From a virus (Duplodnaviria; Caudoviricetes), in IMG/VR virus record IMGVR_UViG_3300046833_000111, positions 1 to 44,455 of that record: a stretch of DNA of 44,455 nt; one strand, written 5' to 3'. Below, piece by piece: positions 8,958 to 18,274 of the stretch. The notes beneath the pieces were generated by a model, which searched no databases, was not told the origin of the DNA, and saw only the letters and a program-made list of their open reading frames with translations. Numbering within the stretch: position 1 is the first letter of the stretch; every line of letters begins with the position of its first letter. Position numbers and translations under genes: made by a program.

Positions 8958-9818
8958 TCAGATGCTTTCGTACGCCGGTCGCCAGGAGACGAGCAGCTGT
9001 GATGTGCCAGTGGTGTCCTCACCCGCGAACTTGATCTCCGACGGGCCCGGCGGGATCCGGATGTCCGACAGGCGCGTGCGCCGCGACAGACGCCCAGCCA
9101 CAGAGCCACCGTTCTCGCGCAGCGCCGTCCTGCGGCGAGCGCTGATCGTGACCGCCTGATCCCACGCCAGCGACAAGTCCAGGGAGATCGACCAGCCGGG
9201 GCCGGACACGACGGGGCGGGCGATCGGCCCGCGGATCGTCAGCTCGACGTCGTCCGTCGCGACCGTGCCGCCACCGTCTTCGATCACGCCCTGCCGGACG
9301 CCGCCCTGCACCGTCCCCCACGGGAAGACGATCGGGTAGACGAGCCCTCCGGCCTGGCCGGGAGTGATCGTCAGCGGCAGCTCACGGGCGGGCCCGTAGA
9401 ACAAGTGGCTGGCGCGCTCGAACAGGACAGTCCCGCGGGTTCGCGGCTGCGAGTAGAGGGTCGTCTCATCGAACGTGAAGTCCCGAGGCCGGCCGTATAC
9501 GACGCGCTCTTCCCCATGCAGCCCATACCGAAGAGCGGTCACGGCGCCCGGAGTGTCCCGCTTGAACGAGTGCCAGGCCCTCGCGAACCTGCCCAACTCC
9601 TGCCGCGCCTCACTGGGGGTGTTGCCGGTGACGCTGATGTCCATCTCGACCGGTTCCGGATCGACATAGTCCGATCCGAACCACACCCCATCACCGACAG
9701 GGTTCTCCTGGTCCTGGACCCGCCATGACAGTCCGCCCGTCTGCAGCGTGAGGACCTTCGTGGGGGTGTCGCACCCGAACCGGTATCCGGCGATGTCGAA
9801 CTGTCCGTTGCCAAGCAT
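8958..9818 (-). CDS. Distal tail protein (Dit-like)
   Basis: First gene after the tape measure; start MLGNGQF overlaps the TMP stop (TGATG); VYGRPR and I.GPI..P motifs. Confidence 0.82.
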   Translation of the reverse strand: MLGNGQFDIAGYRFGCDTPTKVLTLQTGGLSWRVQDQENPVGDGVWFGSDYVDPEPVEMDISVTGNTPSEARQELGRFARAWHSFKRDTPGAVTALRYGLHGEERVVYGRPRDFTFDETTLYSQPRTRGTVLFERASHLFYGPARELPLTITPGQAGGLVYPIVFPWGTVQGGVRQGVIEDGGGTVATDDVELTIRGPIARPVVSGPGWSISLDLSLAWDQAVTISARRRTALRENGGSVAGRLSRRTRLSDIRIPPGPSEIKFAGEDTTGTSQLLVSWRPAYESI

Positions 9819-12800
9819 CAGCGGGCACCTACCTTCGATGAGGACTTGGACAGGCGAGACTTCGACTCGGAATAGCCCGACGCGACCGCTGTGTGCACGA
9901 ACCCAGTCATCGCCTTCCCGTCGACGTTCAGGGTCATCTGCGCCCCGTTGAGTGCGGCGGCGATGTCCTGGTTCGGGAGTGCCTTCGCGATCGCGTGCCC
10001 GAGCTTGTCGAAGTCGATCTGCTGTGACTGGGCGGGCAGGAAAGTGCGGTTCGCGGCGAGGGCGGCGCGGGTGTTGCGGTTCGATTCGATCCGCTCTCCC
10101 CCACCGAGGTTGACCAGCTCGGGGCCTTCCTCCCCGACGACAGCCCACCCGGACTTCGCGTTCTTGGTGCCGTCCTTGTACCAGTTGTTGCGCTCCCAGA
10201 ACCTGCGTGCACCCCTGACGTCGCCGTAGCGCTGCTGGATGTACTTCAGGCCCGCCTGGATCTGCTTCAGCGGATCTGACGTCTTGGTCGCACCGACCGA
10301 GCCCCACGTGCTGTTGAGGAACTGGAACAGGCCGTAGGCGGTGCTGGTGGGGTTCTGGGCGTTCGGGTTCCACCCCGACTCCTTCGTGACCAGCCAGTCG
10401 AGATCCGACCACTGGTCGCCCCACCCCATCTTCTCCAGGACTTCGCGAGCCATCTGCTTCACAGGCCCGTTCGCGGCACCGGGGATGCCCCCGTCACCCA
10501 TCAACTTCCCGTAATCGGTGGCCTTCTTGATGAGGCCGTCACGGGTCGCGTTCATGATGCCCGTGCCGAGCTGCCGGGAGAATCCGCCCCCGCTGAGCTG
10601 GCCGGTGTGCTTGTTGATGATCGAGCTAACCTGCTTGCGAGCAGCCCGCTCGTACGCCTTCTCGAGATCCCCACCAGCGGACACGCCAGCACGATCGAGG
10701 AACGGGTGCGGGATGAACACATCCCCATCCCACGCACCTGCAGGACCACCCGTCGCACCACCCGGAACGTTCCTGTTCGCCCAGTGCACGTGGTTGTAGT
10801 GCATGGACCGGACCGCGCCCGTGTACATGTAGTTGCGGCCGTTCTTGATCTGCCGCCCGTTCAGCGGGGAGTAGATGATCTCGTTGCTGTTGCCGTAGTT
10901 CCCGATCAGCCAGCTGGCGATCTGCCCCATCGTGGACGTATCCATCGAATATCGTCCGGCGAGATCCACGGCCATGCCACGCGAGTGGTAGGAGGAGTTG
11001 CCGGACGCTGTGCGGGACCCGCCACGGTAGGCAGACGTGAGTCGCGACTGCGGGAATGCGCCCTTCACGATCGACCACAGGCCACGCCACACACCGGAGT
11101 CTGCGAACGCGTTCACGCCCCGCCTGGGCGCGGAAGACGGCATGACGCCACCGTCAGCGAAGTGCATGGCGAGATCCAGGTGCTCATGATCCCCGCGACG
11201 CGCAGCATCGTTCAGCTCCTTCACGCCCCGTTCCCCACCGACTGCGCGGGTGAACTCCGGCCTCATGATGGCCTCGCCACCGCTGAGGTACAGCGAGCCG
11301 GCGGTCGGGCTGTAGAAGGAGTGCACGTCCCGACCCGGCGTGTATCCGGGCATGACGCCACCCGTGTAGAACGAGAGCTTCTGCGGCGACGACAGATCGA
11401 CCCCGACGTCACCGAACGCCTTGTTCACGCTCGACGTGAACTTGGCGAGGACGTCGATGAGGGAGTTCATCTTCCCGCCCAGCTCCGGCCGAGCCTCACG
11501 CATCTGCGTGTTCATGCCCGACCGGATGCCACGGAACGCCTCGTTCGACGTGTCCTCCATGATCGAATGCGCCGACCGGTTGTGCTCCTTCAGCACGCCC
11601 ATGTGACCGGAGTAGTCGCCACTCAGCCCGGTCATCGTCGTGTTCGACGCGGACCGCATGGAGGTGAGCTTCTCGCCCGTCGTCACACGCATCGACTCGA
11701 ACTCAGCCCGGTTGCGGTCACGCATCTGCGTCTGCTTGTCCGCCATGACAGCCCGCATGGCTTCCTGCTGTGTCGCCACAGCCGTGCGGGACTCCGTCTG
11801 CTTGCCGAGGACGACCGCCCGCATCTGCTCCTGCTGCTGGGCTGTGATGTCCCGCATCGAGAACTGCTTCGCGGACGTGTCGGTGAGCATCGACGCCCAC
11901 CCATCCGACACCGCAGTACGCATCTCCATCATCGACGCGAGCGTGATCGCGGACATGTCCTGCATCGCCGCACCCGCAGCCATCGCGTCCGCATCCACCA
12001 CGGGGTTCGCGGACATGTCGATGTCGTAGCGGAGGTTCGGGACAGCGAAACCGGCCAAGGTGGACGCGGCGTCCGCGACCATTGACTGGCCCGACAGCAT
12101 GCCCTGCGCCAGCCCCTCAGCCGTGAACACACCCAACTCCGCCATCACCCGAGACGGTGAGCGGATGCCAAGCACCTGCTTGAACACGGCCTCCATGCCC
12201 TTGGCCAGAGCGGCGATCTGCTTCTCGATGTTCGCCTGCTGGGACTCGAGCCCCTTCACGACACCCTGCGCGGCGTCGACGCCACCCTTGTAGAACCCGC
12301 CGGTGACGTACTTGCCGGCCTGGGCCGCGTACTTCTCGATGCTCGCGTAGGACGCGTTGATCGACTTCACGTCGGCGCCGGTGCCTGCGAGGAGGGCGTC
12401 CGCCATCTCGATGGACGCCTCGATCGACCCGGCTTGCGCGACCTCATGCAGGATCGCGCCGGAGTACCCCATCTTCTGCAGCTGTCCGAGCTTCTGCATG
12501 AGGGCCTTTGCCCGCGCGGCGGCTGCGGCGGCGTTCGTGCGCACACCGGACACGCCACTGGTCTGGGTCCACACACCGCGGGCGTTCTGAGACCACTGGG
12601 AGGTGACGTCGAGGTCGAAGGCCTTGCTGGTGATGGAGCTCGCGACGGACGACTGGATGCCCTCGAGTTCCTTCGCCTTGTCCTGTGCCGTCTTCAGCTT
12701 CTCTTCGACTCGCTCTGCCTGCGAGTAGAGGCGCTTCAGATCAGACTCGAACTTCCGGGCACGCGTCGTCGCCACATTGCGAGCACTCTTCGACAGGTCC

Positions 12801-15800
12801 TCGTTCTTACCCAGACCGAACAGCCGATCGACCGCGGAGTACCCGCCGCTGAGCGACCCGGTCACCTGGTCACGGATGCTCCCCCGCCGCACATCCGTAC
12901 GGAGATCGGTACGCAGACCCGCCACACGCTCACGGCGGGCCCGCTCTTCCTCCGCCCTGCGATCAGCCTCACGCTGGCGCTCCTCAGCACGCCGCACAGC
13001 CTCACGCGCCTGCTCGACACGCTTCTGGGCGGCCTCACGCCGGCGGTCCTCCGCCGTCGTCGTCTGCCCGCGCTTCTGGATCCGCTCGAGATCGCGTTCC
13101 GCGTCCGACAGTCGACGCCGTGCCGAGGAGACACCGCCCTGCGCCATGAAGTCAATGCCGGGCATGCGGCGCATCGTCTCCAGCAGGATCTGCCGCGATC
13201 GCGCCGAACCGTCCAGCGGGATGAACGCCTCCGGCACATCTGAACGGTCACCGACGACGCGCCAAGTGTTCGGGGGCACCATCTGCGCGATGGGGTCCAT
13301 GAACCCGCCAGCTGCGAAGTAGTCGATACCGCCCGCAGCGCGAGGCTTCCATGGGCCTGGCTGGCCTGGCGACGGACGATACAGGGGTCCCGAGTTGCTG
13401 GACCGGTTTGGGTTCAGCAACTCGGAGTGCATGTTGGTCACCTTGGAGTCGGTCACCATGTCGACCTTGACCGTGACGCTCGTCGGGATCTTGTTCACCG
13501 CATCGGCGGTGTTCTTCGCCTGCGTCTCAGCCGAGTCGGACATCCACGTCTTGATGTCCACACCATCAGGGATGCCCAGGACCTCGCGGGCCAGCTTGTC
13601 GGCCTCATCGCCCGTCTTGCCGAACTGCCCCGCCGCGGTGACCAGGTCGTCGTATGTTGTCTGGAGCTGCCCCTGTACCTCCTTCTGCGACGCATTGTTC
13701 TCCGCCATCGACTGCGCGGCGCGCATGCCAGCGTCCGCGATCGCGTCGAACGCGGCCTGGTTCGCGGATCCCTTCTCGGTGGTGATGTCCATCGAGGTGC
13801 CGTTCTCCTTGATGGACTCCGAGATCCCACGAACGGCTTCCTCGTAGCCACGGAGCGCGTCACGCTCGGACAGCGTCGCTAGTCCCAGGGCGAGGAGCCC
13901 ATCGAGCATGTCCGTGAGGGACTGGCCGGCCTCAGCGGCAGCGTCACCGATGCCCTCAATGCCGCCCTGCACGCCCGCATCCGGGGGCTGGATCTCTCCG
14001 AGCGCGATCTTCGCCAGCGTCGCGTTGTCCGTCGTCAGCCCAAGAGTCTGAGCCTGCTGGATCAGCTGGTCCTTGTACGGCGGCATGAGGTCGATAAGGT
14101 TCGACACCGACTCCGCAGTTCCGTCGGTCGCCGCGACCATCTGCTCGAATGACGCACGCGCCGCCGGGGCATCAGTCGACTGCAGGAGGGCAAGCTGTTC
14201 GCCCAGTGCGGAGAACCGCTCCCTTGCCTGCTCGGTGCTCGACTGCATGTCCACCATGCCGAGGGACACGACCCGGGTCACGTCCGTCACCACGTCATCC
14301 ATGACGCCCCACACGTTCGGGTTGATGACCTCGTTGACGGCATTGCCGAACTCGCCAAGATCGCCCTTGGTGGCGACGAGATCGGTGAACGCCTCGTTCA
14401 ACGTCGAGATGTCGATCTTGCTGGCCGCGATCTGCCCGGACAGCAGCTGCAGCGCGTCCGCCTGCGCGCCCGTCGCGGCGACGGCCTTGTTTCCCCACTC
14501 GGAGAGGGGCTGACTTGCCAACGCGACTGCAGTGAGTCCGACTGCGGCGGTCGTCGCGATCCCACGGAGGCGACCCAGTGAGCCGTTGAGCTTCCCCAGG
14601 ACGCCCGTGGAGTTAGCGGCCGCAGTGCGCAGAGTCGTCACAGCGGTCACGGTCTCCGCCAGCCGCGGGATCAGAATGAGCGCTCCGCCAGCCAGGAGAG
14701 CGGCAGTCCCCGCAACCCCAGCGAGTGCAGCTCCGACCTTCACAACCGGGGCAGGGACTCGATCGACAGCCTCGGTCAGCGAGACGACGGCATCTGCGGC
14801 GTTCGCGAGCATCGGCAGGAACGTCGCGCCGATCTCGATACCGGCGTCCTTGAGTGCATTGCCCGCCATGCGTATCCGCGACTCAGCCGTCTCGTACCGC
14901 TTCGCTGCCTCCTCCGCGAGGGCAGTGCCGCGCTCGTACTCGTCATTGCCCATCTTGAGCGACGACACGAGGACGTCGTTCGCGGACGACAGACGCAGCA
15001 GAGCATCCGACTCGCGGATACCCGTGATGCCGAGATCGGAGAGCGTCGCGTTGACGTTCTCACCGTTCGCCTGCGCACCCTGCAGCCCAGCGATGAACCG
15101 GGCCATCGTGCCCGCAGAGTCATCGCCCCAAGCGTCAGCGAAGTCCTTCGCAGACATTCCGGCGATGCGGGCGTACTCGTTGATGGAGTCGCCACCGTCA
15201 GCGACGGCGTTGCCCATCCGCTTCATCACCTGCGAGATGGCGGTACCGCCGGCCTCCGCCTCGATACCCACCGAGGAGAGTGCGGTCGCGAAGCCGAGGA
15301 CGTCACCCTCGGACATCCCGGCCTGCCGTCCTGCACCGGCGATGCGCATGGACATCTCGACGATCTCAGCCTCTGTCGTCGCGAAGTTGTTGCCCAGCCC
15401 GACGACTGCGGCGCCAAGCTTGCCGACGTCCTTCTGCCCCGTACCCATGATGTTCATGAACCGGGCGAGACTGGTGGCGGCCTCTTCAGCGGAGAGGTTC
15501 GTGGCCTCTCCCATGTCGATCATGGTCTTCGTGAACGACACGACGTTGTCCGTCTGGATGCCTAGCTGGCCTGCGGCCTCAGCGACGGCGGCGATCTCTT
15601 CATGCGAGGCGGGAAGGGTCTTGGCGAGGTCCCGCAGGCCCTGCTCGATCTTCGCGAGCTGATGGGGTGTGCCGTCGACGGTCTTGAGGACGCCCGCCCA
15701 TGCGGATTCCCAGGACACTGCGGCCTTCGTTGCAAGGCCCAGCCCTCCGACGACGATCGCGCCGAACCCTGCAACGGCGGTGCCGACCTGGGTCATCTCA

Positions 15801-15976
15801 CTGCTGTACTGGGTGGCCTGCTTCGTCAGAGTGCCGAGTCGGGATGTCGACTTGTCCCAGGACGTTTCGGTCTTCTTCGCAGCGTCCTCTGCCGCCTTCC
15901 CCGCTGCGGCCATGTCGGCCTTGAAGTGATTGACCTCTGCACGGAGAACGGCCTTGAGGCTGCGAGTTTCCAACAC
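9818..15976 (-). CDS. Tape measure protein with C-terminal peptidase-like and lytic transglycosylase domains
   Basis: 2052 aa, Ala-rich; TP901-type core (WESAWAGVLKTVDG, LGNNFATTE..I); SYH..G.AVD...HYNHVH; KESGWNPNAQNP.STAYGLFQFL. Start may be the TTG at 15973. Confidence 0.96.
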   Translation of the reverse strand: MLETRSLKAVLRAEVNHFKADMAAAGKAAEDAAKKTETSWDKSTSRLGTLTKQATQYSSEMTQVGTAVAGFGAIVVGGLGLATKAAVSWESAWAGVLKTVDGTPHQLAKIEQGLRDLAKTLPASHEEIAAVAEAAGQLGIQTDNVVSFTKTMIDMGEATNLSAEEAATSLARFMNIMGTGQKDVGKLGAAVVGLGNNFATTEAEIVEMSMRIAGAGRQAGMSEGDVLGFATALSSVGIEAEAGGTAISQVMKRMGNAVADGGDSINEYARIAGMSAKDFADAWGDDSAGTMARFIAGLQGAQANGENVNATLSDLGITGIRESDALLRLSSANDVLVSSLKMGNDEYERGTALAEEAAKRYETAESRIRMAGNALKDAGIEIGATFLPMLANAADAVVSLTEAVDRVPAPVVKVGAALAGVAGTAALLAGGALILIPRLAETVTAVTTLRTAAANSTGVLGKLNGSLGRLRGIATTAAVGLTAVALASQPLSEWGNKAVAATGAQADALQLLSGQIAASKIDISTLNEAFTDLVATKGDLGEFGNAVNEVINPNVWGVMDDVVTDVTRVVSLGMVDMQSSTEQARERFSALGEQLALLQSTDAPAARASFEQMVAATDGTAESVSNLIDLMPPYKDQLIQQAQTLGLTTDNATLAKIALGEIQPPDAGVQGGIEGIGDAAAEAGQSLTDMLDGLLALGLATLSERDALRGYEEAVRGISESIKENGTSMDITTEKGSANQAAFDAIADAGMRAAQSMAENNASQKEVQGQLQTTYDDLVTAAGQFGKTGDEADKLAREVLGIPDGVDIKTWMSDSAETQAKNTADAVNKIPTSVTVKVDMVTDSKVTNMHSELLNPNRSSNSGPLYRPSPGQPGPWKPRAAGGIDYFAAGGFMDPIAQMVPPNTWRVVGDRSDVPEAFIPLDGSARSRQILLETMRRMPGIDFMAQGGVSSARRRLSDAERDLERIQKRGQTTTAEDRRREAAQKRVEQAREAVRRAEERQREADRRAEEERARRERVAGLRTDLRTDVRRGSIRDQVTGSLSGGYSAVDRLFGLGKNEDLSKSARNVATTRARKFESDLKRLYSQAERVEEKLKTAQDKAKELEGIQSSVASSITSKAFDLDVTSQWSQNARGVWTQTSGVSGVRTNAAAAAARAKALMQKLGQLQKMGYSGAILHEVAQAGSIEASIEMADALLAGTGADVKSINASYASIEKYAAQAGKYVTGGFYKGGVDAAQGVVKGLESQQANIEKQIAALAKGMEAVFKQVLGIRSPSRVMAELGVFTAEGLAQGMLSGQSMVADAASTLAGFAVPNLRYDIDMSANPVVDADAMAAGAAMQDMSAITLASMMEMRTAVSDGWASMLTDTSAKQFSMRDITAQQQEQMRAVVLGKQTESRTAVATQQEAMRAVMADKQTQMRDRNRAEFESMRVTTGEKLTSMRSASNTTMTGLSGDYSGHMGVLKEHNRSAHSIMEDTSNEAFRGIRSGMNTQMREARPELGGKMNSLIDVLAKFTSSVNKAFGDVGVDLSSPQKLSFYTGGVMPGYTPGRDVHSFYSPTAGSLYLSGGEAIMRPEFTRAVGGERGVKELNDAARRGDHEHLDLAMHFADGGVMPSSAPRRGVNAFADSGVWRGLWSIVKGAFPQSRLTSAYRGGSRTASGNSSYHSRGMAVDLAGRYSMDTSTMGQIASWLIGNYGNSNEIIYSPLNGRQIKNGRNYMYTGAVRSMHYNHVHWANRNVPGGATGGPAGAWDGDVFIPHPFLDRAGVSAGGDLEKAYERAARKQVSSIINKHTGQLSGGGFSRQLGTGIMNATRDGLIKKATDYGKLMGDGGIPGAANGPVKQMAREVLEKMGWGDQWSDLDWLVTKESGWNPNAQNPTSTAYGLFQFLNSTWGSVGATKTSDPLKQIQAGLKYIQQRYGDVRGARRFWERNNWYKDGTKNAKSGWAVVGEEGPELVNLGGGERIESNRNTRAALAANRTFLPAQSQQIDFDKLGHAIAKALPNQDIAAALNGAQMTLNVDGKAMTGFVHTAVASGYSESKSRLSKSSSKVGAR

Positions 15977-16000
15977 GACCTCCTATGGGACTATTCGGGT

Positions 16001-16495
16001 ATGGAGAGAAAACGGGAATGGCTAGACACGGCTGGTGAGAAGTCGTTGTCTAGGAAGTGGCGGAGTAGCCGATTCAGCAGCAAGAAGATCCCGCCCGCGA
16101 GCAATAACGCAGAGCCCGAGAAGTCAGACAATGCGAACGATGGATTCGACTCGTGTCTCAAGCTCGGGTGCATCTGGGCGCCGCTCACGCTGGTGGCGCT
16201 CTTCGTGATCCTGCTGATCTGGGGTTCAGTGACGCCGATGAGTGAAGAGCAGGAGGCCGAGGAGGTCGGGACTGCCTGCTACACGGCTGTGAAGCAGCAG
16301 CTCAAGGACCCGTCCTCCGCGTCATTGACAGACACCGGTGTGGTCGCTGGGGATCGCGACGGGAACACGTGGAAGGTTGAAGGCACCGGGACCGCCACGA
16401 ACAGCTTCGGCGGTCCGTCATCATTCACGTGGAGCTGCACCGGGTTCATTGACAGCGATGACGACGCACGGGTGACTGCGACCGTGACCGAGTGA
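16001..16495 (+). CDS. Reverse-oriented membrane-anchored accessory protein (moron)
   Basis: One TM (IWAPLTLVALFVILLIWG) then C...VKQQLKDPSSA...TNSFGG...C domain; fills the gap between chaperone and TMP genes exactly. Start uncertain. Confidence 0.8.
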   Translation: MERKREWLDTAGEKSLSRKWRSSRFSSKKIPPASNNAEPEKSDNANDGFDSCLKLGCIWAPLTLVALFVILLIWGSVTPMSEEQEAEEVGTACYTAVKQQLKDPSSASLTDTGVVAGDRDGNTWKVEGTGTATNSFGGPSSFTWSCTGFIDSDDDARVTATVTE

Positions 16496-16496
16496 G

Positions 16497-16832
16497 TCAG
16501 CCTTCGGGGACGAGGTAGGGGCGCTGGCCCGCACCGGGCTTGCCCTCGAACTCCTCCAGCTCCTTGCACCCAGAGCACTCGAGGAGTTCCACCTCGTAGC
16601 TGTGCGGGTCATCCCCCGTCGTGTGAGCGAGGGGCTGCCCGCATCCCTTGCAGATGCCCTGCTCGTACACCGTCAAGGCCATCGCGATGATGCGGTCCTT
16701 GAACGTCCACTTCGACTGAGGTTTCTTCTCCCCGCGCAGCACCGACAGCGAGACACCCCACTGTCGGGCTGTGCGGGCCTCAGTCAGAGACTGGTCTCCT
16801 CGTCCTTCGTTCCACTCCTTGACGATTTTGGG
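16497..16832 (-). CDS. Tail assembly chaperone, -1 frameshift extension (gpGT-like, about 311 aa fused)
   Basis: The -1 frame is open from the slippery site: PKIVKEWNEGRGDQSLTEARTARQWGVSLSVLRGEKK...CKGCG...CSGC. Confidence 0.85.
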   Translation of the reverse strand, partial: PKIVKEWNEGRGDQSLTEARTARQWGVSLSVLRGEKKPQSKWTFKDRIIAMALTVYEQGICKGCGQPLAHTTGDDPHSYEVELLECSGCKELEEFEGKPGAGQRPYLVPEG

Positions 16833-17431
16833 ATGGACGCCTCCGGATCCCGCGACGTCAGTTCGTAGAACGCGGACTGCAGCTTCTGCACCTGCCCCTC
16901 ACCCATGACCTCGCTGATGCGGCGCATCTGGTCAACGGTGAGCACCGGGTCGATGAGAGCCGCGGCGAGGACGTGGAGGCCCTCCTCGTGGAAGATGATC
17001 GCCCGCGCCGCGGCCTGGGAGGCCTGGCGCATGGCGTCCTTGATCGTCTGCGTGTCCTTCTCCTCGTCGCGGGTAAGCTGTTCCTTCGCCCACGCACGCG
17101 CCTTCTTCGCCGCCTCATCAGCACGGTCCTTGGATGCCTTCCTGGCTTCCTCCGTGATCGCATCCACACGCTCACGGCCCAGTGCCTGCAGGACGAACGT
17201 GTGTGCGGACTCCTCCAGCTCACGAGTCAGCATGTCCCGCTGCTCACGGAGATCGTCCGCACCGTCGGACTCTCCCAGGGGCGCGTCCTCTTCGCGGTCG
17301 GACTCGAGGAGCATGATCTGCCGGTCGAGGTGGTTGATCTCGCCTGCGAGATCGGGGCGCTGGAAGATGGTGACCTTCGCTGTTGCGGCGCGAAAGCCGC
17401 TCACGAAGTCGTCGACGTTGAACTCAGCCAC
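16784..17431 (-). CDS. Tail assembly chaperone (gpG-like)
   Basis: Between major tail and TMP genes; GAAGGAG RBS; carries the slippery site. Confidence 0.88.
   Translation of the reverse strand: MAEFNVDDFVSGFRAATAKVTIFQRPDLAGEINHLDRQIMLLESDREEDAPLGESDGADDLREQRDMLTRELEESAHTFVLQALGRERVDAITEEARKASKDRADEAAKKARAWAKEQLTRDEEKDTQTIKDAMRQASQAAARAIIFHEEGLHVLAAALIDPVLTVDQMRRISEVMGEGQVQKLQSAFYELTSRDPEASIPKSSRSGTKDEETSL
16826..16832 (-). promoter_or_regulatory. Programmed -1 ribosomal frameshift slippery heptamer C CCA AAA
   Basis: X XXY YYZ pattern in the correct phase (ATC CCA AAA TCG) near the 3' end of the chaperone gene. Confidence 0.85.
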
Positions 17432-17521
17432 GGGACTTCTCCTTCAAGAATGGGTGTGGCCACGGGCAGGGTTGAGCCTCCCTCCCCACCGCCCGTGGCA
17501 TGGAAAAGGTGGGGAGGGAGG
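17427..17521 (-). promoter_or_regulatory. Structured RNA leader (14-bp stem plus 9-bp pseudoknot) upstream of the tail assembly chaperone
   Basis: 17477-17490 pairs with 17508-17521; loop 17491-17499 is complementary to 17459-17467 and (8 nt) to 17427-17434. Confidence 0.65.
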
Positions 17522-17532
17522 GGCTTGAGGGG

Positions 17533-18069
17533 TCAGGCAGTCGCGACCTTCAGGTCCAGGCCGGCATCCTGCACCAGGCCGACGTGGCGGGCCTTGATGT
17601 AGCCGGTGCGCTCCGACGCCTGCGGGTTGTCGAGGAGGACCTCGAACCAGGAGTACTCGTCGCCTTCCTCCCAGTCCTCGCGGGACTTCTTCGACGTGAA
17701 CCGCTCCGCAGCCCAGATCGTCGTGCCCTTCGTCTTGAGCGTCTGGTAGACGGAATCGCCGACGTCATCCGGGTCATCTCCACCGGTGGTCGCCTCTTCG
17801 GCGGCTCCGTCGGCGGTGAAGTAGCGGAACGACGTGATCTCGAACGTATAGTTCGAGACGCCTAGCGCCTGCGCATTGCTGTCGGTGCAGAGTGCGCGCT
17901 CGTCGACTGTCTCAGATGCCGCCGCGCCGACGCTGTAGTCGGACCCCATGATGCGGCAGGACGCGTCGAGAGCCGCGTTCAGCTCTGCCGCGGTGAGAGC
18001 GTTGAGGTTGGCGGGCTTGGTGGGGAACAGGGCCAGCTTGGTACGGCCCTCAGCGAGTGAGCGAGGCAT
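17533..18069 (-). CDS. Major tail protein
   Basis: 178 aa; MPRSLAEG.TKL...KPA....T.AELN, ETVDE.ALC motifs typical of actinophage tail tube proteins; synteny. Confidence 0.88.
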   Translation of the reverse strand: MPRSLAEGRTKLALFPTKPANLNALTAAELNAALDASCRIMGSDYSVGAAASETVDERALCTDSNAQALGVSNYTFEITSFRYFTADGAAEEATTGGDDPDDVGDSVYQTLKTKGTTIWAAERFTSKKSREDWEEGDEYSWFEVLLDNPQASERTGYIKARHVGLVQDAGLDLKVATA

Positions 18070-18072
18070 GGT

Positions 18073-18261
18073 TCAGCTCTCCTTCTTGGTGATGGCCGTG
18101 GGGGCCTTGGGTTCTGCCACAGGCTTGATCGGTGCCGGCCGTTCGTGGGCGGGCTTGAGGTAGGGGAAGAGGTTGAGGAAGTGCGCGGGGACGCGGGACT
18201 TCTTCTGGGTGCGGGTGTCGATGACGAGGACGAAGTCCTTCGCCGGGATCTTGTCGGCCAT
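18073..18261 (-). CDS. Small basic protein upstream of the major tail gene
   Basis: MADKIPAKDFVLVIDTRTQKKSRVPAHFL; GAAGGG RBS. Confidence 0.7.
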   Translation of the reverse strand: MADKIPAKDFVLVIDTRTQKKSRVPAHFLNLFPYLKPAHERPAPIKPVAEPKAPTAITKKES

Positions 18262-18274
18262 GGGTTTCCCTTCG

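Noticed and set aside
9819-10424. Upstream extension of the Dit ORF suggesting a tape measure-Dit frameshift fusion
   Set aside because: The extension is Arg/Pro-rich off-frame sequence, I saw no slippery site, and a TGATG coupled start exists at 9818.
15602-16000. N-terminal extension of the + strand moron in the ORF track
   Set aside because: It overlaps the tape measure gene antisense. A start at or after 16001 fits the gap.
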